From Neoconidiobolus thromboides FSU 785 (taxonomy: Eukaryota; Fungi; Entomophthoromycota), in assembly GCA_025603075.1 (NCBI GenBank), contig MU626357.1, forward strand, positions 1 to 64,000: a DNA stretch of 64,000 nt, written 5' to 3'. This document shows positions 33,674 to 46,750 of the stretch, piece after piece. Each line of letters opens with the position of its first letter. Within the stretch, counting starts at the first letter, position 1. A program made the translations under genes and the position numbers. The notes beneath the pieces are model-generated. The model searched no databases. It worked only from the letters and a program-made list of their open reading frames with translations, and had not been told where the DNA came from.

Positions 33674-36025
33674 TTATTTAATAATTATTATGAATAAAAT
33701 GAAGAATAATAAAATTGAGTTATAACTAGTTTTAAGGAAACAAGAAATATTTTGAATATCCTTGATGATAAACAATTTTCCTACTCTTTTGTTATTATTA
33801 TCTTTAGCATGAATAGAATTTAAAATCAAATGTGTGGAATTATTCATTGTCATAAATTGTATGTTATAGCCATATCGATCCCTTTCCTCTCCTTTGGCTA
33901 AACATTTCAATTGATTTTTGATTTGATCATAATGATAAATTTGCCCAGATTCCCATTGAGCTAATGGGTGATTAATTATAAGATGTTGGTTATGAGATAT
34001 CATCTTCATTCCTAATAATGAACCTGGATCTTTAGTATCTAAAAAAGCAGGAGTATTATCATCTATTTCAATAATACTTTGATCATCGAGTAATGAATTT
34101 AACTCGTATTGATATATATGGCTTGTTAACCAATCTAAATCCACTTTCTTTTTTACAGTTGCAGTAATAAATATGGAATTCTGATGGAGTTTAAAATGCT
34201 GCCCTATATTTTGTACTGCGCCTTTGGCACTTATTTTGATAAATCGATTGTCAATAAAACCCTGACTATTTAATTTAATAACTTCAATTGCTCCTTTATT
34301 ATTATATTTTGACATACCTACTAACAAGTAACTGTTTTGATTATAATTAATAAACTCAATATGGCTTCCGAAAGATACAAAGCTATTTAAATTATTTGGG
34401 AAAATACAATAATCTGGTTGTTCTGGTATACCTTTATCTTTTGTAAGATAAACACAAACGTTTCCAATAAGCTCATATTGATCATTTGAATAGTTGGGTG
34501 AGCTTACTATCAAATCCAATTTATTATCATTATTTATATCCTGAAGGTATACTTTTTCTGCAAAATTGGTATAACTACTTTGATTATAAAGTAACTTAGG
34601 AACAGTAAACGTTCGTCTTAGAGTATATGTAATACCATCAAACAAGTGAAATCTACCTTGATATAAATTAAATTTATCAGCAGAATAATTAGGTTCGGTT
34701 ATAATTAAATCTTTTATATTTGTTGAGTTAGTAGTAATAAACTGAATATCATTTCCAAATCTACCACTACTCATAAAGTTCAATGAAGGTGATTGTATTT
34801 CATTTAATAAGTTGAAATCTAAATCATAGATATAAACTGAGCCAAACTTGTTATAGGTGTGATACTTGTTAGGCACACTTACAGCTATTAATTTAGCTTT
34901 CTCATCTACGGCTATGGAATAACCAAACATAGCATCAGGTTCTTTACCATAAACTGAATTTGTGTCTAGCTTTTGATTACAATTCAAATCAATATCAGTT
35001 CTATTAAGTGATATTGATGTGGGCGGTGTTCTGTCTTTGATGTTCGTAATTTCATCCAAAATTTGTTGAGGAGAAATGGAGCTTTGAGAAGATAAGGTAT
35101 TTATAAAATCATCCTGATTTGGTACTGGATTGGTTAAATCGATTGATTGATATTTCGGAAATTGAACATTACAAAAGCCTTTTTTTGTTGGTTCTTTATC
35201 ATTTGCTTGTTCAATCCATTCTATTAAATCTTTCCAGCAATACGTAACATTATCAATCAGTGAATTCAACCCTCCTTTAAAGTATGTTTCATATTGATCA
35301 ACTAAAAATGGGGATTGATTTGTTTCTAATCTACCTAAAATCCTTTTGCCTTGTAGCTTGATAGCTTGAGTAGCCGAATACCCAAAATTCATACATGTTT
35401 TTAATTGTGATAAACTCAAATTATTATAATTCATTGATTTATAGATATTGATTAAATCCTCATATGGAACATCCCAAACTAAAGAAAGATGATCCAAATT
35501 TTGCATCCTTGCTAATACAAACTCTGCTCCAATATCTGCAATCGTATGAGCTTTACCATAATTATTATTCCAATCACTCTTTGATAATGTATCAATAAAT
35601 CCCAAATTACGTTGGTCTAACGAATGCCATGCTATATCTGCAGTACCATGTGAAACCATACCGAATAGAAAAGTTAATAAATTATAAAATTTATTTGTCT
35701 TATCATCTTCTGTTGCTTTATACCCATTAACCAAAAAGTTGTTGAGTTGTTGAGTGTATTGTTGTTTGATATAATTTAAAGTAACTAAGTAAAAAGTTGG
35801 CCAATGTGCTTCTTCACTTTCGTTTGATAAGCTTAAACAATTGTAGCCAAAGTCAGGGAAATAAGAGCCACTTTCTAAACTGTTGCGGTGGAAGGATAAG
35901 AGCTTAAAGTAGCTTTCATTATCGTTTAAACGTACAATATTTCGTAAGCTTACTTCGATATGTGTTATCATACCATTACTACATACATTGTAAATATACA
36001 ACAATATGATAAATAGATACCTCAT
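33674..36025 (-). CDS. GPLD1: GPI-specific phospholipase D homolog (Zn-dependent phospholipase domain + FG-GAP repeats)
   Basis: Signal peptide, then G..TH, GSYFPDFGYNC, EEAHW and SHGTADIAWH. FG-GAP-like repeats (FGYSIAV, DINNDNKLDLIVSSPNY) and a hydrophobic C-terminus. Confidence 0.85.
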   Translation of the reverse strand: MRYLFIILLYIYNVCSNGMITHIEVSLRNIVRLNDNESYFKLLSFHRNSLESGSYFPDFGYNCLSLSNESEEAHWPTFYLVTLNYIKQQYTQQLNNFLVNGYKATEDDKTNKFYNLLTFLFGMVSHGTADIAWHSLDQRNLGFIDTLSKSDWNNNYGKAHTIADIGAEFVLARMQNLDHLSLVWDVPYEDLINIYKSMNYNNLSLSQLKTCMNFGYSATQAIKLQGKRILGRLETNQSPFLVDQYETYFKGGLNSLIDNVTYCWKDLIEWIEQANDKEPTKKGFCNVQFPKYQSIDLTNPVPNQDDFINTLSSQSSISPQQILDEITNIKDRTPPTSISLNRTDIDLNCNQKLDTNSVYGKEPDAMFGYSIAVDEKAKLIAVSVPNKYHTYNKFGSVYIYDLDFNLLNEIQSPSLNFMSSGRFGNDIQFITTNSTNIKDLIITEPNYSADKFNLYQGRFHLFDGITYTLRRTFTVPKLLYNQSSYTNFAEKVYLQDINNDNKLDLIVSSPNYSNDQYELIGNVCVYLTKDKGIPEQPDYCIFPNNLNSFVSFGSHIEFINYNQNSYLLVGMSKYNNKGAIEVIKLNSQGFIDNRFIKISAKGAVQNIGQHFKLHQNSIFITATVKKKVDLDWLTSHIYQYELNSLLDDQSIIEIDDNTPAFLDTKDPGSLLGMKMISHNQHLIINHPLAQWESGQIYHYDQIKNQLKCLAKGEERDRYGYNIQFMTMNNSTHLILNSIHAKDNNNKRVGKLFIIKDIQNISCFLKTSYNSILLFFILFIIIIK

Positions 36026-36593
36026 TATATTAATAAATAAACAAAAAAGTTAGTAAAAAGATGAGCTAAAAATGGTTTATAATAGTAATCATCATAGTCA
36101 TGCTTTTTTTTTCTTGTTTTTAATTTACTTTGTTTGTCATTTATCATCTGTTCTTTACTTTATCCTTTATAATAAAATTGGGTAAAGGCATTATGTGGTT
36201 AAATGATTTTGTTTTATTGGTTTAATTGATTTTTAAGGAACAAGGTGTGGAAAAATTAATCATTATAAAATGTAAAACCTTTATTTTTTATATATAATAT
36301 TGTTTATAATGATGACTAAGCTACTGTTGTAAATGTATTAAAATATTTACTGATTAAGAAAGCAATAATTGCTTTTATGATTGCGCAGGTTTTGTACTTC
36401 CATTGTTTAAATAATAACATGAACCTTTTATATAATATTTATCTAATATCCTAATAAATCGAATTAATAAATTTTAATATATTAATATAATGTTATATGA
36501 TCTTTTTTAATTTTTTTTAAATATTCAAAATATAGAATTCCATAAAATGTTTATACTATAAATAACTTTTTATTAAAAAATGAGAAAAGATAA

Positions 36594-38165
36594 CTATTGA
36601 TCTTGTTTATGGAATAAGAACCAAAATATTATAGTAAGTACACCAAGTAAGGAAGTTTGAATACCGAATAAAATTACAAAGTTAGGGTCCACAGACCAGA
36701 TGGCTAAAATTAAACCGATAAGGGCACCACCACAGTTAGTAAAAAGATAAAGTGCCATAACAACGGATTTGAGTTCAGGAGCAGCATATTTAAAAGCATA
36801 CTCAAGTCCAGTAGCTGATGCAAAAATCTCTGAAATAGCAACCAAAGCATAAGCTGGAATTTGCCACCAAATACTTATATCATTCATTGGATGTTCAACA
36901 CCGCTTGGGACATTAGTAAAGTCGTAGTAAGGACCAGTTTGATAAACGATATGTTGTAATACAGTAGCATAAACAAACCCAAGAGTACAAAGAATGAATC
37001 CAATAGTAATACGTGTGATGGGACCTAATTTGAAACCGCATCTTCTTAATAATGGGAAGACAAAGCCATCGAATAATGGAATACAAGCAACAATTACAAT
37101 AGGAGCTACCAAGTTAAGTTGTTCAGCACCTAACCATTCTGGATGAGCCATACTAACACCCATATTGATAAAGTTATCAAACATATTGTAATAAAGTGCC
37201 CAATAAACAACATAGAAGGAGAATACTTTACAAGCATTTAAAGTCCCCTTTAATCCATCAACAAATTTATCATCCCATTCAATGTTGTTTTCCCTGCTTA
37301 CTATAGCAATGTCCAAGTCGGTTTCATTTCCAAAAGATGATTCAACCTTAGCATTATCTAACCAATGTTCAGCATTTGGATTTGATCCTTTATGAGCAAG
37401 AGCATAACGAATACATCTAATAGCTTTAAATAACGGGTTACCATTGATCTCTTTTTCATTGAATTTACTCCTTCCAAGAATGAAAATAGCAATTCCAACT
37501 ACAAAGATAATTCCGGGAATACCATAAGCTAAAGGATATGAGTTACCCTGTCTAGCTAAGATAGGACATACCAATTGGCCAGTGAAGGAACCAATATTGA
37601 TAGCCCAATAGAAGTAACGAAACACACGTTCAACGGTTAAATCATAATCATAATAAGTATTATCATTATTTCCAGATGGAATTAAACCATGAGGAACTTG
37701 TTCAGCAGCAAATGCTGATACGTTAGCTTTGATACCACCAGTACCCCAAGAGATGAAAAGATAAAGAGCAATACAGAAACCTGGTAAAGCAAAACCAGAA
37801 TCTAAAGAGGCAGGAATTGCGGATAAAGATAAGACAATGAGACCAGCTAAATACCAAACAGCAAAACATAAGATGGTTTTAAATTTGCCTAAGTAAGAAT
37901 CCGCTATACTGGCACCAATGATTGTAGTGAAGTAACAGAGGAAACTGAAGGCTCTGTTCACAGCAGTAGCATTGGATTTACCAAGTTGTAATACATCGAG
38001 CACATAAGGCACGAATAATAAAGAAGCACCATAGAATGAAAAACGTTCACATAGTTCCATCACAATGATAAACCATGCAGATTTTGGTACAGGCCCTGGT
38101 ACCTTTTTAATCTCAGTGGTGTCTTCATAAAAGCTTTGTTGATGTTTTGTTTTTGGAGAACTCAT
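36594..38165 (-). CDS. PTR2: POT/PTR family di/tripeptide transporter
   Basis: ELCERFSFYG (ExxERF), GTGGIKANVSAFAAEQ, FRYFYWAINIGS and GLEYAFKYAAPELKS. Confidence 0.95.
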   Translation of the reverse strand: MSSPKTKHQQSFYEDTTEIKKVPGPVPKSAWFIIVMELCERFSFYGASLLFVPYVLDVLQLGKSNATAVNRAFSFLCYFTTIIGASIADSYLGKFKTILCFAVWYLAGLIVLSLSAIPASLDSGFALPGFCIALYLFISWGTGGIKANVSAFAAEQVPHGLIPSGNNDNTYYDYDLTVERVFRYFYWAINIGSFTGQLVCPILARQGNSYPLAYGIPGIIFVVGIAIFILGRSKFNEKEINGNPLFKAIRCIRYALAHKGSNPNAEHWLDNAKVESSFGNETDLDIAIVSRENNIEWDDKFVDGLKGTLNACKVFSFYVVYWALYYNMFDNFINMGVSMAHPEWLGAEQLNLVAPIVIVACIPLFDGFVFPLLRRCGFKLGPITRITIGFILCTLGFVYATVLQHIVYQTGPYYDFTNVPSGVEHPMNDISIWWQIPAYALVAISEIFASATGLEYAFKYAAPELKSVVMALYLFTNCGGALIGLILAIWSVDPNFVILFGIQTSLLGVLTIIFWFLFHKQDQ

Positions 38166-40561
38166 AATTGTTATAAAGTTATTTTATGTCTTCGGTTAGT
38201 ATTGAGTTGGCGAAGTAAATGTTTATATTTATTTATTTATATTTGGATATAAACAAATACTTTTTTTTGTTTTTTTATCTTGAAATCTAAAGTGATTTTA
38301 CTTCATATTTATACTTTCTTTAATCTCTCAATGGTCAATGAGCTAATGATAAATAATTTTTTAAATAGTAGATAATATCACCTATTGACATATTTGTATC
38401 AATTTAAATTACCACTTTTGAAAAGTTTAAAACTTAAATCATAAAATTAAATTTTAGGTCATCTGATCAATGAGATCATTTTAGCACATTAACGTTTAGT
38501 TTTATTAAAATGAGGCCCAATTTAATCAATTATTACTCATAATTGTTCCTGTATTGAAGAATAATCTTATGTCAATAAGGGTTCAATTTATCTTAGTGAA
38601 TTAAAAATAAACCAGCTGACTGATGAACCCTTATTTCTGGCTAAACTATAATTTATTTGAATTAGAAGTATTCTAAACTTATTATGCTCTGCTAATTGAC
38701 ACTTTAAAAGTATATAGTCATAATATATTAATAAATACTATTTTGATAAAAATATTGTGGTTGTACATGACAATATATTAGAATATCATAGCATAATAGA
38801 AAATATTAAAAAAATAAAGAATTAAACCACTTTCTATTAAATTAACGATAATTTAAAAGCAGTGGGAAATCAGTACAACCAAATTCCGAACTGTATTTTC
38901 ATAGTTTTTTCCTAATAAAGTAATTTTCTTTAAAACTCCAAAATTGGATCGAATTTTGAATTTCGATAAATTTTTCATTTTATTTTTTAAATGAGAACAA
39001 ATTTATTTAATTATGATGTTTGAGCCTATTTATAGTAAAATAACCCGACACCAATATAAAAATGAATGTAAAATTATTATAAGTTGTTAATTTAAGTTGC
39101 AATATATATATATAAATAAACGAAATTATCTATATATTGAAGTTATATTAAAATGTCATTATTTCAACTTTCCCTACTTGTTTTCTTAATTACTTTTGCA
39201 TTTATAAACTTAGTAATATAATCACTAATTACTGATTATTATTAGTTTATAACTTTCATTTATTATTTGAAGTGAAAGTATAGTTTACGGGATAAAGTAA
39301 TTTTCCAAAATGTCTATACAAACTTTCTATTTAGTATTACGTAAGGATTATAAGTATAATATGTATAATATATATATTATATAGATTTTTTAACAGTTCT
39401 CTAGCCTTTATCTACGTGATCTAACAAAATTTGCTATGTAATAAAGTAATGTCTGCTAAATCTATTAATAGAATATTTGAAATATTTTTTAAATAATTTA
39501 GGTTTAAAAAGAAACCTAAAAGCTTGAAAGAATTACAAAAAATTAACTTAGAATCTTTTTTTTTTACCTGTATATAAAAACTGTCTCTATGATTTGACTC
39601 AAAATTCATTACCACTTCTCTCCTTAACCTCACTGTCATCACAAGTCAGTGGGAAGCTCTCTAAAGGCTAGAATCGCATTAAACTAAATTATTCATCTCT
39701 AATTTTTAAAACAGAATAAAATCATGAACACGACATTATATCTTTTAGAAACTATTCACCGATAGTTCCGTGTCCCTCAAGTTAACTACTTGGATATTGT
39801 AAATTTTTATTGTTGTAAATATATTACTTGGGGCCTTCGCCTTTTAAGAGAATAAAAAAAGCAGCTTATAAATAGATGCTTATACAATTGTTTTAAAAAA
39901 GATTTTTAATTTTTTAAAACTAACTACTAGTATTCTTACATAAAATATCTATTTTTTTTAAAACTGGTTTTACTATATAATTTTATCTTCTTTTTCATAT
40001 ATCAAATTATTATTCTGTCTAAAGTTTAACTCACCAATCCCCTATTTCCGAAGCTGTATTATTGACTTAATACTGCTTAGATTAGGTTTTCCCTAGCAAA
40101 GATAACATGTAAAATAACTTTATCTTAAAATTTTTGATCCTTACCTTTTTATAGTAGAAAAACCTACTGCTTTTTGTGAAATCCTTCCTTCCTTTTTTTA
40201 ATCTTACCTTCTCTACTTAACTCATGCTTTTATACTAATAAATTGTTTTATTTAATAAAAAACCCAAAGTTGAATATTTCTAAATTCAAAAAAAATAAAA
40301 ATAAGAATAAGAAAATAATAAAAATTATACTACTTTAGTTTATTATAATTAATAAATTTTAAAACAAGTTCTATATAGCCTAATAATTAATTTATTTTTT
40401 TATACTAAATATATATTTAAACAATTATTATTTAAATAACTTAACTTGACTTAACTTTATAAAAAATTTAAAACTATAAAACATCTCTTACATTGTTATT
40501 TAAATATTTTTTATTGATATTTTCTTTTTTACATTTAAAGTTATTATCAAATTTATTGTAT

Positions 40562-40655
40562 GGGGATATATTTTTTTTAAGAATTTTACTAGCAATCTTT
40601 CCACTCAACTAGTCCTTAAAAAAATGGAAAGTGATAAAATCAAAAAAACATCCTC
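40562..40655 (-). mobile_element. MITE copy K
   Basis: GGGGATA..CATCCTC ends with flanks GTAT / ATAT (one mismatch). Confidence 0.85.
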
Positions 40656-40881
40656 ATATATTTAATAATTATTATAATTTAAAAATAAAACAATAAATTT
40701 TTATTATCAAACTATAGTAATTAAATATTTGAACAAATTTTACAGTAGTCTAAATACAGCTTTAAATGTTTTTTAATGTAATAAACAATAAAATTCAAAA
40801 TCATGTTTCTTTATTCAAAAGCCCAGTTAATAAAAAAAATTTTTTTTAAGCATTTTAATAATTGGACAAAATAAATCAAAT

Positions 40882-40978
40882 GAGAGTGTTATTTTGGCTT
40901 CATTACTTTTTCCATCTTTTAAACGCTATTGAGTGGAAAAATTGTTAGTAAAATTCTTAAATACAAAAATACGTCCCC
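40882..40978 (+). mobile_element. MITE copy L
   Basis: GAGAGTG..CGTCCCC ends with AAAT on both flanks (40878-81, 40979-82). Confidence 0.88.
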
Positions 40979-41500
40979 AAATTGTCTTTAAAACACTCAA
41001 CTCAAATAGGAAATTTTATAAGAAGGATATGAGAATGAAGAATTCAACACCATTATTTTAACATGATGGGAGTAGTCTATTCATTATTAATAATAATCCA
41101 TTTAAAGAGATAACTATTAGCTATCTAAATTTCTAAATTAGCAACTACTACTTTTCATAACTTTTTAATCCCCCTCAAATTAGCTACAAAATTCTTCTTA
41201 CTCTCTATTAACTTTCATTATCTTTTACTAAGTACAAAATTTCTCTTATTTTTTTCAGTCAAAAAGAACTGATCTTTACACTAGCAGTCACAAAAATGAT
41301 TTAAAAAAGTGATTCAAAAAATAACATTAAAAATCCCTTTGAGGGAGATTTAATGGCGTCATATTTGTTTCAAATCACCTTATTATAAAAAAGGATTAAT
41401 TTATTAAGAGAAAGTTAAGTAATTAACAATCTCTTTTTGTTATTAAATTTCCAAAATTTCAATTGTAATAATAAAAATAAAGATAAAAATAATACAATAA

Positions 41501-42767
41501 ATGTCATTACTAACTACTATTTCTTGGTGTTTTGGTTGGGTAAGTTGAAAAGTGGGTCATTATCAATTTAGTTTAATCCTTTGAAATTTTACCAGATTTA
41601 TTTCTCAGCTTGGTCCATCTCTTTTTATCCACAAGCTATTTTAAATTATAAACGTAAAAGGTAATTTGATTTAAAATCAACTCATTAACTCCTCCAATTA
41701 GTTAACTTCATTTCAATTATTTAAAATTTAGTGTTCAAGGTTTATCTTTTGATTTTTTATATTACAATGTTTTGGGGTTTTTTTGTTATACGGTAAGTCA
41801 ATAATCTCATTATTATTATTTATTATTATCCATCATTCTAATTTTTTAATCAAACATATAAGGTTTATAATTTCACTTTTATGTTTTCTGAAATAGTAAA
41901 AAAACAATATCAAGAACGATATGGTCCTAATGAGAACTTAGTAAAACTTAATGATCTATTTTTTTCAACTCATGCTTTAATATTATCTTCCCTCACTTTA
42001 TATCAAACTTTTATTTATAAAGTAAGTTTTTTATTATAATTGTTAATCAAATATACTAATATTTGTTTCTTTTTCATTTCTTATTTAAGCGTGATGAAGA
42101 ACAAAAATTATCAATATTTGGTACAAGAACATTACAGATATTATTAAGTATAATGGGAATATCTTTTTTGATTTCTTTGTTTGGTGGTATTAAATGGTTA
42201 GACATGCTATATGTATTTTCATTTATTAAGTTGATATTATCCCTAGTAAAATATATTCCTCAGGTAAGATAAAATGAAGTTTGCTTTTTTTATCGTTTTA
42301 TTTTAATTTTTAATTTTTAGGCTTATTTAAACTATAAAAGAAAATCGACTATTGGTTGGAGTATTCATAATATACTTTTAGTAAATTTTTAATAATAATA
42401 ATAATTTAATTTTAAAATATTGTATAGGATTTTACTGGTGGTTTATTTTCAATAGCTCAATTGTTAATTGACTCTTCGTTACAAAATGATTGGTCTGGTA
42501 TTTTAGGGGTAAACTTATTGAATTTATTGAATTTGTTATACTAATCTACTATATTATTATTATTATTATTACTGTTATATAGAATCCTATTAAATTGTGA
42601 GTTCTTATATATATATTATTTATACATATATTAAATTATTATTATTGTTTAGCTTCTTAGGCAACTTATCCATTTTATTTGACCTATTATTTATGTATCA
42701 ACATTATATATTGTATCCTCATACCGACGAAGAAGAACTTGAAGAAGGCTATCAAGCTCTAACTTAA
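41501..42767 (+). CDS. CTNS: Cystinosin/Ers1-like PQ-loop lysosomal/vacuolar cystine transporter, multi-exon
   Basis: Spliced reading gives YFSAWSISFYPQAILNYKRKS, a second PQ loop KYIPQAYLNYKRKSTIGWSI, DFTGGLFS, and C-terminal EEGYQALT*. Confidence 0.9.
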
Positions 42768-42883
42768 ATTTTATAAATTAAATAAATGAAAAATAAAAAT
42801 TTAATATTATAAAAATAAAAAATATTGATATTAAAATGGATTATTTTTATATTTTTATATTTTTATATTTTTAAAAACAAATA

Positions 42884-44898
42884 TTATAAATCAATTAAAT
42901 TCTCTGTATCATTCTCTTCATTTCTGCTCTTCCCTATATTCTCTTCACTATTTTCTCTAGATAACTCCCTTTGTGGTAATGGGGGTGGAGACATATCCAT
43001 TTGTAAAATAGTTTCAATACAAGTAGTTAAGTCCCCATCTTTTGCTTCTAAAACAGCATTTAATACTTGTGGTTCATATGTTGGAAACATTTCAATTAAC
43101 ATAGCAATACCAGTATCAAACGGCAATGGTAAGGGTGAACTTACTTTTGGTGAAGTGGTACTAGGCATGATCCCTAATAATTTTTCATCTATAGTAGCTG
43201 TAGAATTACGTCGCATCATAGTGGAACTGGGTATCATTGGTTGATTATTATTATTATTATTATTATTATTATTGTAAATATTATTTTCCTCTTCATTGGA
43301 ATCTTCTTCACTTGAACTACCAAATAATTGCAATAAAAATGACTTTTTCTTTTTTAAATCTTTTTTATTAATTGTGTTATTATTATTATTATTATTTAAT
43401 AAATCTTCATTATCACTACCTGTATTTATTATTGGATTAGTAACGTCATTAATAAATTTATTCATTAAGTCTAATGGCCTTCTTATACGTTGTGTTAACG
43501 GAGATTCTCTTCCAGATGAATTATTATTATTGTTTTGTTCTTTTATTGTTGTGTGATTAGATAATATTGGTGTTGGACTAATTGGATGATCTTGACTTAA
43601 TGGAGTTATTGGTAAAGAAGTAGTTGTATCCATATCTAATTCTTTTAATGTATCTTCTAAATTTCTATTTAAATAAAAAATAAAACATTAATTATATTAT
43701 TATATTATAAATAAATTACTTATCAAATTCTTCTTTTGTAATAGATAAAGAAGTAGGTTCGATATTTTCAATAAAAGAACAAGCAGAATAAAATTGAGTA
43801 AGATAATAACCTGGTTCGGATAATAATTTAGATGGATGTCTAAATCTTTGAATATATTGTAAATTAGAAAATAATTGTTTAGGAGCTGCTTTAAGTATCG
43901 TTAATATTAACAAAGGTAAAAACGAATCGGCTCCTCCACTTGAACCTTTATCTTCTTTTTCCATTTTTTTTAATAATGCAAATAAATATTTACAACAATT
44001 TAATAAACAGATCATCTTATGTCGAGGGGTTTTAAACTTGTTCACTTTTTGTAATTCTTGGCTTGCAAATAATAAATAATATTGATTATGATCTGTAACT
44101 ATTATATCTAAATGACTTTCTTTAATCCATTTAAAAAATTTATATCGTTGCTCTAAAATATGATCCCGTTCATTGTCTTCAGAGCCAATTGGACAAAAAC
44201 AATGAATATGTAATCGATTCATTAAATATTGTTCAATACCTTCTTGCAAATATTCTATTAATTCTTCTCTATTATTAAACATAGATTCTTCTTCTAATTC
44301 TTCTCCTTTTTTAACTAATTCAAACCAAATTTGATTGTTAACCATTTTAACTAATATAAAATCCATAAACTCATGTATATTTTTAGTTAATTGTTTGAAT
44401 GTATATGTTTTTCGGTCCAATTCTCTAACAAAATTTTCTAAATAACGTAAGATATCTTTTGCTTCAGGGGACCTTATTTGATCTAAAAATTTAGGATAAT
44501 CAAACTCTGCTTTACTACCACCAGAGCTATTTTGTCTTATTATCATACTTGGACTAGGTTTAACTATTGGACTAAAAGCTATTAAATATTAATATTTAAT
44601 ATTACAATCTATTTTTTATTATTGATTTTTTTTTACCTTTTTCTTTTTCTTTTTCTTTTTCTTTTTCTTTTTCTTTTTCTTTTTCTTCATTATTGTCATT
44701 ATCACCATCATTATTATTATTATGATTAATATTATTATTTTCATTACCATTACCTTTGTTTATCTCTTTACTATTCTCTTCTTCTAAATTTAAATTCAAT
44801 TTGGACATATCTAACAGAAGTTGAGCATTAGGTGGAGATATTTGGTTTGGACTTTCAGGTAATTTAGTTTGAATCGCTAATTTAAATTCATCTTCCAT
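42884..44898 (-). CDS. VPS9: VPS9 Rab5 GEF with C-terminal CUE domain, 3 exons
   Basis: GADSFLPLLIL and GYYLTQFYSACSFIE (VPS9 domain), MLIEMFPTYEPQVLNAVLEAKDGDL (CUE). Low-complexity Asn and EK tracts. Confidence 0.92.
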
Positions 44899-45170
44899 AA
44901 TTCTATTTGATTTGTTTTATATATTATATATTGTGTTATCGATTAAAGTCTTCTATATATTTTATTTAAGCCACTTATTTTTCTATTTCTTTATTGAATA
45001 GAACATGGGTTATTGTTTTATTTAGCCAATTAAATTGAGGGGATGTGAATTACTTGGCAGTGAGCTTTGTTCATGGTGATAAGCCAATTAAAGAGGAAAT
45101 TGATGAGTGATGTGTTCTAATGACATAAATATAAATTTATAAAAGTTGATATTAAATTTAAATATCTAAA

Positions 45171-46527
45171 ATGAAGAAATATAAGTTATTGATAACAAGA
45201 GAATTAACATCAAAGATAAATGAAAGGATATTGGCTCTAAAGGATATGTAAATTTTCTATTTAATAAATATTTACTATTATTGATATTTTATTAATGTAC
45301 TTTAGTTATGACTTAACTTGGCATAATAGTTCAGCACCATTAGATCCTAAAGAGTTTATTAAATTAAGTGAAGGTAATTTTACAACTTATCAAATTTTAA
45401 TTAAATTAAACTAATTGTGAATAATAATTAAGGTCAACATGGGATATTATGTACATTATCGGATTCTATTAATAATGAATTATTAACTAGTTGTGGACCA
45501 CAATTAAAAGTAAAATATTTTATTAATATCGATTTTCTTTTATTGATTTATAAAAAAACTAACTAATTTTAAGGTCATTTCAACTATGAGTGTAGGTTAT
45601 GAGCACTTTGATTTAAATGCAATAAAACAATTTGAATTAAAAAACAATATAAAAATAAAGCTAGGTTTTACCCCAGATGTATTAACAGATGCAGTGGCTG
45701 AAATTAATATTGGTTTAGCTTTAACTGTTATGAGAAGATTATTTGAGGTAATAATTTAATTTAATATTTTAATTCATTTTAATAATAATATCAGGCTCAA
45801 TCAGCTGCTATTAATGGAAATGTAAGTTATTATTATATTACATTATATTATGTTATTATATTATGTTATTATACTAATGATTTTATGTGAAGTGGAAGCA
45901 ATGGTCTCCGAATTGGTTATTAGGTAATTAATTGTATTTAAATATAAATGTAATAATATTAAATCTTAATTTATTTTAGGTCATCAATTAAGTAATAAGA
46001 CAATTGGTTTATTAGGATTTGGTAGAATTGGAAAAGCAACTTATGAACGCTTATTACCATTTAAACCAAAACAATTACTTTATTATAAAAGAACATTATT
46101 GCAACAGTCGTATGAAAATTTAATTTATTCTAATACTATGGAGTCTTTATTATCAGAAAGTGATATAATATTCATTAATATCGATTTGAATCCCGATACT
46201 ATTCATTTAATTGATTATTCGAAATTATCTTTAATGAAAAAAGAAGCTATATTAATTAATAGTTCTAGAGGTCAAATTATTAATCAAGATGATTTAGTTA
46301 AAGTATTGAGAGAAAATAAATTAGGCGGTGTTGGATTAGATGTTACTACGCCTGAACCATTGTCAAAAAACCATCCTTTATTTATTGAATTCAAAAATAA
46401 AGTGACAATCTTTCCTCATATTGGTTCAGCTACAGTTGAAACTAGAAATATGATGGGAGATTTAGCCTTAGATAATTTATTAACTGGAATAAATGATCAA
46501 GAGTTAAAGACAGAGATTAAATATTAA
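45171..46527 (+). CDS. D-2-hydroxyacid dehydrogenase (glyoxylate/hydroxypyruvate reductase type), multi-exon
   Basis: IGLLGFGRIG, INSSRG, GLDVTTPEP and FPHIGSAT motifs. Confidence 0.9.
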
Positions 46528-46750
46528 ATAAAATATACAATTTATACTGATTTTTATTCTTTAACATTATTAATTAACTTCAAAAAATTGTGATTTTAGT
46601 TTAAAATTTTAAACTTACTAAAACCAATAATATTCTTCTAATCTTTAATATTTAACCAATCATAATGAATTTTAATTACCTATTAATAACAAATTATTTA
46701 GAGTGACTGCTTAAAATTGTTTAGTCTATTTTTTAATAAGTAAAATTGAT

